Source: Magallana gigas (lineage: Eukaryota). Taken from it: a stretch of DNA of 64,000 bases. Positions 1-12,385 of the stretch are shown here, piece after piece. The notes below the pieces were generated by a model. It made no database searches, had not been told where the DNA came from, and worked only from the letters and a program-made list of their open reading frames with translations. The stretch is from positions 44,950,001 through 45,014,000 of the forward strand of contig NC_088856.1 in assembly GCF_963853765.1 (NCBI RefSeq), read 5' to 3'. Made by a program: the position numbers and the translations under genes. The stretch's first letter is position 1, and each line of letters starts with the position of its first letter.

Positions 1-2512
1 TATTTGTTTATATCAAGAAAACTATACGCTTCATTTCTAAATTGCGTGTGTTGTAGGTAGGACTTTTTTTAGAGTATCTATTTTTTGTTCAAAATATAAA
101 AAAAATGTCAGCGTTAATAAAGTGCAATATATTATTTATTCATCAATATACATGCAAGTCATATATATAAAGTAAAATGAAATAAAAACAAGCAATAAAA
201 ATTTCTAAAATATTTAAATATATATTCTTCTATTGTTGAGCTTCATCGTGTTTTTAATATGTGCATTGATATGCATGGAATAACATCTTCAATATATAAT
301 CGAATTGGCTTTGTAAACTAAACAATAAACATTGAAAGGATACATAATTATGTAACATCAAGTAAGTAGGGTTTTTTTACTGCAGGTGCAACTCTTCCAT
401 TTTCGGTTTTAAATAAATCAAATTTAAATTTTTAATGACTCAGTGTTTCAATCAAAAGCAATTTTTTTTTACATTTCAAATTTGATGATTTTTCTATGGG
501 TTATAAATCCAAACCTGACAAACATAGCGACCTGCAGAAAATTCTCGCTGTGTGACATCTAAGTGAAACATATGAAGTCAAGAGAAAACCATCTCCGCTA
601 GCCATGGTTTTTTGGTCCACTCTGCTCAGTTTATGGGGAGCGGAGTAAACCGAAAACTGAAAACCCTTGGCTAGCAAAGATGAGAGAATAAATAACCATG
701 GTCGGAAAATCAATATCAAACAATCAAAAATTACAATGTACGTATTAATAAAATTATCTTAGAGTACCGGTATCATTAAACATAACATCTACATGTACAT
801 ATATCATAAGACCAATAGACCACATAATCATATAACACTGCTAATAAAATAATTTTAAAATTAAGAGGTTTCATGAACACAAATTCAGCATTAGTTTTGT
901 TGGATTGAAGAAATCGTTGTCACTGCACGCAATATTTTTTGTACAGTTTATACAATTGTTTGATCTAAAGCATAGATTAAAAAAACCCAGCATATTCAAA
1001 ATAACTCATGGAACACAGCAGCAATTAAAAAAAACTGTTTTAAACAAGTAGGCTTCGATTCCATTTTCTATTTGTACGTCCTCTACATAATTAAAAAATC
1101 GTGCAAAAATTAAAAGTAGCATGTTCTATATAAAATTAAATAGTACCGAAACCACTTTTCTAAATACACAATTATAGTTACTGAATTTTTTTTTTAAGTA
1201 AACTGACAATAAAAATTTGATATGAAAAATGATAAAAGCAGAGTAGTTACAAAATTGATCGTCCCTGTAGTTCATGTTTGTGTGAATCATCGTACAACAT
1301 ACAACATTATAATTTGATATAGATTGAGGTATGTTTTGTTAAGCATATAATGCAAGGCATACATGTACATGTACCAACTCTGTGCAATTACTACACTAAT
1401 TAATTAATCATTCGTGAGGTATATATACATAAATAATGGTCAAATGAGGAGGAAGAAGAAACTTGTTCTTAAAATTAACTTTATGAAAAATTTACAAACA
1501 AACAAAAATTAAAAAATTGGAAATGCTAATCTACATGTATAAAATATCAGAAAAAAGCTAAACAATATGGTTTTGCCAGATTGTGTCTACAACGATGATA
1601 AAAAATTGATTTGAATAATGGTAATTCCAGAGAAAGCATGATATTCATATCACGTCCAACTATATGTACCTGTATAGCAAGTTATAAAAAATCAAAATTA
1701 TGATATTTTGCAGTTGATTGTTTCACATGTTTTGTGATATACCTGAATCATGTATTTATTTTCTTTTGGCCATAAGTGCCCGAAATTTCTATCAAGGGAC
1801 GATATGAAAATTATATTAAAATAATGAAAAAATTGTGTAAGTTTCTCCTGTATCTTATAATTGAAAGTAAATTTGACCAGTATGTATAGCACCGATTCAT
1901 GATTGGCAAAATCTACTAACTTCAGATTACAACAAACAGAATGTATGTAGGGCCAATTTACATACAGACTTCATTGATAAAAAAATAAAAAATGAGACTT
2001 CTTTGTTCATCTTATTAATAAATAAATACCAGATAAAATCAGATCCAAGTTTAATAATATACCATCACATAGAAACATCCTCATATTCTCCTTAAAAGAT
2101 TCAAATTGAAAAAAAATCTTTCAATTTTTTTTTTGAAATTAAATGTACATGTAAAAAAATAAATAAATAAAAAAAATGGATTTTAAATTGTATGTAATAT
2201 CTATTTAAAATGGACATGTCCTAGCTCAAATCATATTTAAAAATTTAAAAACTGTTTTGACAGTTGTTATAAGATACACAAATAGTTAAATGAAAAAATA
2301 CTAAATATTATGCCTACATGTATGACGTGTTCACTAAATAAATGCATTCTGAAGATTCTGAAGATTCAATTTAAAGTAGAGGCCATTTTCCTTCACTTTG
2401 AGTATTATGATCACTGTGAACAATTAAGAGCACCTTTCATTTAATATATTTTTTTACAGCCAACTAGTATTTTGCTGTTTTCTTTTCTTTTCCCATCTTT
2501 CAAAACTTCTTT

Positions 2513-5500
2513 CTAAATCCTCTTTTTCAGCCAGTTTAGTATGTCATCCTGTACCCTTTGCCTGTCTTCATTTGGTTCCAAAAGTAGCGAATGGTAAAAC
2601 CCTTTGTAAATCTTAAAAGAGAAAAATCATGGTAGCTAGACTTCTATAATTAACGTGAAATCTCACTTCAATTTATCTGTACCATCATAAAACCAGAAGT
2701 ACACTATCAATACTGTTAAATGAATTGAGTTGACGATATGTTTTCACTATCTATTTAATTATAGTTAGATTATTCCGGATTAGACCCTCGTTTTTTATTT
2801 GGCTTTTATATTTTCTGAATTTCAAACCCGATCAAATTTAAAAAAAAACAAACAAACAAGATGGCAGAAGAGAGAATGACAGAGGACATCAGCATCAACA
2901 ACAACGAAATTCAACGATCAGAATCATCTGATAGAGGAGATGTGGAAATTTATCCCTTTCCAGCAATTACAAAATCTAAGGTCTGGGATTTCTACGGTTT
3001 TTACAAAATTAAAGAAGGACCCCCACTGAGAGAGAATTTGGACATGACTAAAGCGGTGTGCAGACTCTGTCTAAAAAAGTATATAAACAAAGGTTGGTAG
3101 ATCAATATGAATAAATAGGTATCAAAATAAATTCCTGATTTTTTTCTAAATAAAGCTATAGAAAAGCTACATTTTATATCATTTTTCTAACCAATTACAG
3201 TAACTGCTACGTACTATTATTGAATTGGTACTTACCAACAAAATTTCTTTAAAACATTTTAGTGTTGCTGTTTTTGCATTTTACAACAAATATTGATTGA
3301 TTTCTTCAAAACAGTTTACACAATATTTGAACACTTGCACTGAAAAAAGATTGGGGCAGTTGGCTTGAAATACTATTTCTCAATTTATCTATTCACATAT
3401 ACTCATACAGGTCCAGTACAATCACTCAATTTAGCTACATACATACTGGCGGGCGACCAGTTCTCGCCGAGTACCATTTCTCGCCAGTACATTGTGACGT
3501 TATTTTTCGTATGTAATTTTATGTGTTGCTAAAATGACGTCACAATGTACTGGCGAGAAATGGCACTCGGCGAGAACTGGTCGCATGCCAGTATAGCTTA
3601 ACTAGCTTGAAAAATTGACAAAGCTTTATCTACTTACAGCTATTTTCTTGTATTTAAGCAATATAACTAAAATTAATTGAATGTATCTGATAAATACAAG
3701 AAAATGGATAAATGCAATAAATTCAGTGAGAAGATACATGTAACTGTAACAATTCAAATAATTTCAGGCAATACATCCCACTTAATGGGCCACATAAAGA
3801 AAGTGCATAGTGAAATGTTCAGCACAGGATCCGTACCGGGTGCTCAAACAACAGCAAAGTCACAAGAGTCTAGAAAATTTAAAAACAGAGAGACTTCAAC
3901 AAATGGAAGGCTATCACAAGACAAGCAGGAACTAATTGACAATACACTGTGTAAATTAATCGCTAGTAGAACAATTTCTCCCAGTGTGGTGGAAGATGAA
4001 TTGTTTCAGACATTTGTGGAGTTGTTGAATCCAAGGTTAGAAACAATATGAATTACTCATGTTACTTTTCTGAAGTTTATCATTAACTGTTCTGAGTGTT
4101 TTTTTCTCCAACAATTACATGTGTAAAAATAAAAATGTTTATCATGTTGAATTTGACCAGTTTAATTGAAAGGATTAATTTTATTTTGAATAAATTCAAT
4201 TGTCAAAATCTGAACCAATTTTTAAAGAAAAATTGAAATTGGATGTATCCTTGTAGGTACAAAATTCCCTCTCAGAATGCCATAATGAGAAGTTTAGAAG
4301 ATCTGTCCACAACTGTATTCATCCATCATGACGCCTGAACAACGTTTTTAACACTCCATCCTGCTTTCCAACAAGTGTGCATAATTTTAAACTCAACTCT
4401 CGAGTGCACTGTTCTTGAAACAATGCAACATGTGCAACTTAAGAAGAAGCGGCTGTATGTGACATCAATGAATATTTCTGAGCAATTCAAAGCCACACAC
4501 CCGATGGAATTTTCCACCTTGACAGACGATGCAGTCAACTTAACTGACAGAAAGCATTTACATCCTTTAAATGTCCTGCTGTGAACTGGGATTGATTGAA
4601 AATCATGGCATAGGGATAAAATCAAATGATATATGATCTCTTAACACTTAAGAAATAAAGCCAATGAGAAAAAGAAAGAACGATTATTAATATATTCATA
4701 GTGCAGTTGTAATGATGACATTTTCAATGTGAAACAGAAGTTGCTTCCATTAGAATATTTAGTTATTCAGGGCCAGAAACATCCATTCAGAGACTTTTAT
4801 GAATGCAATGTACAGTGTCATCACTACATGTAAATTATTAATATTAAAAACATGGTTAATTTAACTAATGTCTTAAGCTTTTCTGCATTGCTCAAGGCAA
4901 ATCAAGTATCCAAATAAAAAATATTATATAAATTGTAACCCTATGTAATGAAGTGTGTTAACATTGAATTTCAACACAAACCAGTACCTCTTTCTATGTA
5001 TTTAAACCAACACATTCATTTCTTATTTTATGCTTGATTATCATTTGGAGTCTTTGATAAAAGATTAGATTCTTTTACAATGTGTATTGGTATTTCCAGT
5101 ACACAACGTTTGTACCTTGATTTCTTTGTCCTCACTCTTGGCCTTGTCGTACAACATTTGGGATCCCTGGACGTCACAAATGGCATCAGCATCTCCGTGG
5201 AGCGCCAAGAATGGAAACTCGATGGACTCCATTCGCTCCTCTATTTTCTTCACGCACTCGATCCAAGCCGATCCCCACCTAAAAGTTTAAAGTATTTTCT
5301 CCCCATAAAAAAAAGTTGCACTCGTAAACAGTTGTTCAAACCTACAGAAAAAGTTTCCTTTAATAAAAGTTTACCCCAACATTCTAATGATAGGGTTATT
5401 TCATCATTATGTATTGGAGAAATCTTATATTGCAGAAACAAGTGCCTGTGTTTTAATCTAAAACTTACACTAGAATGTTTACAAAACACCAGACACTGCG

Positions 5501-8500
5501 ATAGTACAATACTTTGATCAGAATTGTTGTTTTCCAAGTATTAGAAGCATTATTTGCAAACAATGTTGTTGCTTACAGTGTATTAAGCAATTCAAAATCA
5601 AACAAAGCAATAACTGCAGTAAAGCTGACATTGCATGCATGAGAATCACCAAAATGTCTCATCTTTCTGGCTTGGCTTACTTGTATTAAAAATGATAATT
5701 CAGAAAAAAAAAAAAGATTTCAAACATGAACCATAAAGTACATGTCTTAATTGTTTACACAATTAAGATTGGATATTCACTTTATGTAGAAGAATAGGTT
5801 TTATTTTTTTGTTGTTTTAAATTAATTAATATATATCATGTATATCTTATATAAATCAATAGGTTGTATTCATATTCACTTTGTTGTTTAATAACCTACT
5901 TCACTCTGACATACGGATGCACCATAGGGTCCTCTTCATATCTCTTGACCTGTGTTAAAGATTAATATGAAAACAGAATATATATTACATGCGTACATTG
6001 CATAAAAACAGAAAATATATTGCATGCATATTTTTCCATCACTGTACAATTCTCATTAATACTCTGACTATGATCTTATAAAATTCAAACCTAAATGCTT
6101 TATAACAAAATATTCAAACACTGGAATGAAATTTGGCTGTCAGTAAAATACAAGAAAGGAGCAATGATATTGGATACAGATAGAAAATGTAAATGTGCTT
6201 TGGCCCAGATGAGAACAGAGATAGCAATCTTTATGTAAAGCTGACCTAAGGGAAAAAATATCCCATGTAGAGAAAACATTCATTTTATGAAATGGACATT
6301 TTTTTATTCAACATGTTTTTATATAAATGTCCAATTTTTGATTGACATACATTTTATGAAATGGACATTCTTTTATTCAGCAGGTTTTTATATAAATGTT
6401 CAATTTTTGATTGACATACATGTATTTTGGTAAATTATTATTATATAGTTCATCTGACCATCTTCACAGTCATCCGCTTATCATGGGTCCCAATTTTTTT
6501 TATGATATTTAAGACAGGATGAAAAAAAGTTTATAAAGAAAACACAAGAGGAAACACCTTGTTTATTATAACGGTAAGAGGTCAAAGTCATCAAGATTTA
6601 CAAGTAGTTGGAATGATCATAGTTGTGATAAAACAGATGACATGCTGCTAGATATGACAGGAGAAAGAACCTTGTATATTTATTATGTTTAAGTTCAAAG
6701 GTCAAGGTCACTTGGACATATTCATATAAAAGAACAATGTGCTAAAAGTTACTTTTCTTTTACAGAAACTGAACACATCTTCAAAATAATTATTTTCTTG
6801 TAGCTTACATATGGTATTAATTTACACAGTGGTATAATACATTGTATATATACATTATTATTTAAATAGTCAACTTAATAGTATATGCACGTACAAAGGT
6901 TGCAACATCACAAAATACATTGCCAATACATTTTTGCCTACCACACCTTTCAGCAACAACCTTTTACAAGGAGTCAAGGATCATATTTGCCTAAAAAAAG
7001 AGTGAACAAATGTTTGTGATTTCTCATTATTTTGGACCTAATTCATTTGGCAAACCAGAGTCTTCCTATATATATGGACATACAGATATACCTCAAATAC
7101 AATGACTCCTATAGACTTCATGTGCTGGGAAAGGGAGTGGGGGTGTGTGTGAAAAACCTTATATCACATACTGTAGGTGAGGTGCATTGTGCAAATTGCA
7201 TGTATGCCAAGTGAACAAAAAAAAGCCGAAAGAAAGTAGAAGAAAAAAAAACACTGACCTGAATAAGTAATGTAATAGCTAGACCCTGTGTACACCAAAC
7301 TACATGTATGAAATATCATATCACATAGAGGTGCATATTAGCTGAGTTTATTTGTTTCATTTGCAGCAATCATAAGTTAAACTTCCTACTTAGATCAGAC
7401 AAGTATATTCAATTTATTGACCACCCATCTTAGCTACTGTAACAGTGATTTGATCCATCCAACATTCCAAAAGTGTAAAAAAGAGTGCATCACAAAATAT
7501 GGGGAAAAGGGATTAAAGAATGCATAATGTTATACCCATGGTCGAAACACATGTATTTGAGGTGGTTGAAGAGATAATCTTATTCTGTCCCTACAAAAAA
7601 TATTGTCCCTACAAAAAATATTGTTAGTAAAACAGCACTGTCGACTGAATCAATGGCATGCAAGCATTGACTGCAAAACTATAAACAGAACTACAATGCA
7701 TGGTTAGTAAAAAACATGAGAATTCTAAAGTTAATGACTAGAACAAACACTGCATTTGTACAAGCCATTCGCTATCAAAAAACAAACAATAGCACTGATA
7801 GAAAAGTGTAACATTTATATGTAATTTTCCCTTTTTATTTTTTTTTTCTGAAAGAAGGTAATTATGCCAGTGGAAATATTCAGTTCATCACTGGCAATGT
7901 TTCCAAATGAGTACATAGTTTACATACACATTATACATCAAAGTTATTGCTTTAGTTCATATTCTAAAACAAATACTAGTATATATATTACGATCTGTAT
8001 ATTAAACCAATCTCTTCTTATTTGTGACGTCAACTTTATATATGGAATGACTTGGGGTGTACTGGTTTGCGTAATTTTTTCATCTTTCTGACGTCGTATC
8101 AGTAAATGTTTAACAGTAATTTTTAAACAAACTTGAGCCGATTTTCATGATCATATGCTATTTGAAGAAAGATCTGACTAAGACAACAAATGATATTGTT
8201 ACGACCAGTGCCTACATTTATACCTCCTTTAAACCATCATGATGATTTTTAAATATCAACAGGACTGGGAGGTCATGGCCATTTCTTAGCTACATGTATA
8301 TGTAACTCCCTTACATAGAGAGTTCTGCGTAAAAAGGTTTAAATTTTAAACCAATTTTACTAAATAATAGTTTATGGCCAATTATGTTAAAACTTTACTG
8401 CAGATTGTTGGCCACCCAGCACTCTTCATTAAGAAAAGGATGATCATGAATATTGAGGAGACCACAGTCAAAGTTTGTTTACAATCTTAGTTCTACAACA

Positions 8501-10811
8501 GTTAGATGTGGGGGTGAATTGATTACGCTACCTGCTCTTTGTCTCGTGAAATCATCCAGGATGCTATGCCGCTTATTTTGAGCAATGGAAAGAAACGTGC
8601 CAAAATTTTTCCAACAAATATCTGAAAATTAAGAGAATATAAATGGTTTTTAGTCAGATCATCAAATCCCAAGTATATTGAGTTATTATTAAGGTTCCAT
8701 CAAAATATACCTCTCCAAACTCAAGACATCAATATAAATATATAATTTTTTATGCTACTGCAAAATGAAAAGTTTGCATCATGTGCATGTTTGGGATGAT
8801 TTTATGCACTTTTTGAGGGTGATACACTCTATCAATTTCAATTATTTATTTCAAAGTGTTGATCCATTTCTGCTTAAAAGCCATTGAAAAATACAGCTGA
8901 ACTTCTCTGTTCTGAGCACCAATATCTTGAAAACCATAGATATGTTGAATATTTGGGAGTCCAATATCCAAACCAATAATTTTTAAAGTATTATCTTAAT
9001 CCCATGGACTTCAATCCCACTATATTGAATACTCTATTGACAGGAAGTTTTTTCATGGAGTTTAAGGTACCTGAGTTAAGTGTTTGATTACTCTTGAATG
9101 CCCTGATAACTTACTTTAATTGAGACCAATGGCCCTGGGGTTGCATGTATGGCTGGCGATGAGGTTATCACTCCATCAAAGAAGTCAGGCTGTCCAGTGG
9201 CGGTCAGTAAAGTAATGGCTCCACCCTTGATAAAAAAAAAAGCATCACAAACACAGTATTCACTAGGTTTTTTTTTTTTTAGATGAATTAATTTTCAAGC
9301 AAAGTCTTTCTAATTCTGGTGTTACAGTAGATGTCTAAATGATTATAAAGAAGTATATATTCATAATCTATCATTATAATATATTAGTTTACACAGATAC
9401 ACATTTTTGTCATTTTGTTTTTACTGCCCCCTCTCCTTTTTATTTTTTTTTTTTATTTTTTTTTGGGGGGGGGGGGGGGGGTTGGTTGGGAAAGAGGTTA
9501 AGTGTTAAAGTATAAAATTGATCAAACATCTAAAATGACATGAAAATTGCTGTCTATTATTAGTTTTATTCCATTATCTTGACTTTGAAAGTTCATAAAT
9601 TTAAAATTATAATTACGTCTTATTAAACATGTTTAAATAAACCTATTAAATTAAAACTTGTAAATGTACCATAGAATGTCCAAATATAAAGAGGTGAAGT
9701 CCTTGGTGTTTGTCCTTGACCTCATTACAGTGCTGGTAGATGACCGAGGTGTACTCAGAGAAATCGTCCACGTGGTTGTGGGTGCCTTCACTCTGACCGT
9801 GCCCAACTGCAAAAGTATCCGCCCAATATTTGGTAATTGAATGAAGACTAATAAATTAAAAATAGTTCCTTCCTTTGTACATTTTGTAGGAAGTACATGT
9901 TCATGTAGTCTCTCTCTCTCTCTCTCTCTCATATTCTCTCTCCTATTTTATCACTTTCTATCAGTTCTGCTTATCCATGTAATCATGAATTACATGGTAT
10001 ATGGAGATCAAGCTCTTACCCAGGAGAATTTAACTCCACCTGGAAACTTGTAGTCTTGTGCCAATACAATTACGATAAATGTGCTGTCTGGGGTATAATT
10101 TTCTGGATATGCATTGAACTCTACTATTAAATTTCAAAATTATGATTTATGATATCCATGACAGAAAAAAAGGTATAATCACCATGATCATGTGCAAAGA
10201 CATAAAATCCAGTCTTGACAAGTGCCTCTGCTATATCATCATACCAAAGACAATGCTCTCCCAAGCCGTGGCACAAAAATATCAAGGCTCTGTAAAGAAA
10301 AAAAAAAAGGAATCTTACTCTTTTACATCTGCGATCATAAATGCACATAACTTATCATGAATTCACTGGCGTCGGAAGCAAATTGGAAGTGGGGGGGGGG
10401 GGGGGGGCTAGACTAATCCTCAGAAATATTGAGAAATAAGTAATACCAAAAATCATGGAAATCCTAATCCGTGGGGGGGGGGGGGGGGGGGGGGAGGGAC
10501 CTTTACTTTAAAAAAAAAGAATTAGGTTCCGACGCCTATGATGATTATTGCTAGATCATATTAATTGAACTTCATTTTAGAACTATAAAAGGGAATCCTT
10601 TAAGTAAACGTCCATGTTTTTTTTATATAATGAGAATTACAGGACGTACGAAAATCATTTTATCGTACTGTCTACTGTGATTGTAAACAGAAGATCTCAA
10701 ACAGTATAGTGTTACATACCTGGGTTTTTCATCTGAAAACCAATGCTTGCAAAATATACTTTTATCATCCTTAGACTTGATCAATTTTGTTTCGCTTCGA
10801 ACTTCTGACAT
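2513..10811 (-). CDS. MGLL: Monoglyceride lipase-like alpha/beta hydrolase, 8 coding exons, about 282 aa
   Basis: Exons with GT-AG borders and consistent phases: 10811-10720, 10289-10183, 9806-9670, 9225-9115, 8621-8532, 5949-5900, 5278-5116, 2611-2513 (849 nt). The translation has HGLGEH, AHDHVGHGQSEG, nucleophile GHSMGG, HGDAD (Asp) and FYHSL (His). Confidence 0.92.
2861..4338 (+). CDS. BED zinc-finger / hAT transposase N-terminal protein (ZBED-like), truncated before the DDE domain, about 193 aa
   Basis: Exons 2861-3092, 3768-4035 and 4257-4338 join in frame. They give SKVWDFY..CRLC..GNTSHLMGHIKKVH (BED finger) and SVVEDELFQTFVELLNPRYKIPS (hAT DNA-binding region). The gene lies within the last MGLL intron on the opposite strand. 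Confidence 0.8.
3446..3591. mobile_element. Foldback MITE flanked by TA (Tc1/mariner-like target duplication)
   Basis: Arms of about 57 bp (3444-3500 and 3537-3593) are near-perfect reverse complements. TA lies on both sides of CTGG...CCAG. Confidence 0.8.
6281..6418. repeat. Tandem duplication of a 69-bp unit
   Basis: cattttatgaaatggacatt...gattgacata occurs at 6281 and 6350 with few mismatches. Confidence 0.85.
9909..9930. repeat. (CT)n microsatellite
   Basis: Direct reading. Confidence 0.9.
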
Positions 10812-11126
10812 GATGACGCTAAAAATGAAGTATGATCCCCACCACAGGCGAATTCATTCAAGATTGCGTATTGTTATGATTTACATATTGAATATCGAAC
10901 CCGATGTTAAATGTCGCTTAATGTAGAAAGAGTGACTTCCCTTGTAAATATTGTATGTAAACAAACACGTTGCACCAAATAAACAGGATCATGTTTTAGG
11001 ACGCAGTGCGTGACGGTTATATTCTGGTGTGATCCTGATTTTGCAAGGACTTTTCCCAAAGACCGTTGTCCTCTGAGTTGAGGTTGACTATTTTCTCTTC
11101 TTGACCCGTGATAAAAATTGGTAAGT
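10812..11126. promoter_or_regulatory. Probable bidirectional promoter / 5' UTR region shared by MGLL (-) and the dehydratase (+)
   Basis: The MGLL ATG is at 10811. A strong + strand donor (TTG|GTAAGT) at 11121 could splice to the acceptor at 12364 just upstream of the dehydratase ATG. Confidence 0.5.
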
Positions 11127-11701
11127 ATAAGATATTGATATACCTTATATTTTAATGCTCATTAATCTATATATAATTATGTTCCACTTCAAATAAAGAC
11201 ATGGGGGAAACCAAGATACATGTAGCCGGAAACGTTAAGTAACACAGAGATCAGGTATACTTTAAAACGATTTTAAAAATATGACCTGGTTTTTTTTTCT
11301 GAGGTTAATGACCTCTGTAATCTTTGTTATCTCATCTGAAGCAGATTGATTTGAGGACCGATCGTGCCAAATGTCATAACAATTAATATCAAAATATATC
11401 ATGATTACTATCCTTCATGGTAAAATTTAGAAGGTACGTGTATACCCCCCCCCCCTTCCCTTCTCCCCATGCCTCCATATACATGTAGATAAAGAATTAC
11501 ATGTATGTACACGTACATTACGGGTACATGTACATATGCATGATGAATAAGAAAACTGTTGCAACCGTCATGACAAAAAATCACTGAAACTAAAGTTAAA
11601 GTTTTTCAAGTTAAACTGGGTGTACATGGACAAAGTATTTTCTTGTGGGCCTATGTATCTCTTGAATGATAATTTCCAATGTGATTATAACTATACGAAA
11701 C

Positions 11702-11723
11702 CAGGGACGTATATACGTCCCTG
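11702..11723. mobile_element. 22-bp perfect palindrome flanked by a 7-bp direct repeat
   Basis: CAGGGACGTATATACGTCCCTG with ACGAAAC at 11695-11701 and 11724-11730. Confidence 0.7.
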
Positions 11724-12385
11724 ACGAAACCAACAAGGGTTTATTTCTGTAAACTTTGGCCTTACATGGTTTGCAGAACTGAATAGAGTGTATTTCAATA
11801 TAAAATTTATAGATTTTATTTTAAATTAAGAAATCATTATTTATGCAATGATCACGAAATCGAACACATTCTCTGTGCTAAAAATAACCAAGCACGTGCA
11901 TTTGATCACAATTTTAAAACAAGTATAAGGCTATTTAAAACTCAATGGTCATGAAAAGTGTGTGATTTTTTTTATATCAACTGTACATAATTGCATGAAT
12001 AAATGTTCAGAATTTAAGGCACATCGATCAGACTGAATTCAGACAGAATCCACGGACCACGGTATTATAAAGATCATAACTTGTCAGAGTCTTTTTTTTT
12101 TTTAATTGAATTTAAACTATTAGCTGTTGCATGTCGATTTAAGACAACAGTACTATGAATTTTGTTTTTAAAATATAATGACCAAAATTAATGCACGCAC
12201 ATGCAATTCTTTATTTTTCAAAGATTTTGTTATACTTGTTTTCAGTACAAATAACTTACGTCTAAGGGAGCGGACAGGCTTTTCTTTACTGTTACATGTA
12301 CTTAAGTATGTAAAACCATCATTAATTTTGTTTGATATACGTATTTATCATTTTTTTTTAACAGGTAATACAAACAGCTTCGAAA

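Noticed and set aside
1-2500. Coding potential in the first 2.5 kb (ORFs 501-719, 1698-1892)
   Set aside because: Very AT-rich, with no motifs or splice-consistent exons; likely MGLL 3' UTR and intergenic DNA.
4326-5537. ORFs 4326-4625, 4375-4584, 5080-5517, 5087-5290 and 5250-5537
   Set aside because: Antisense or off-frame shadows of MGLL exon 7, or intronic; no recognisable motifs. I looked for the hAT DDE continuation here and did not find it.
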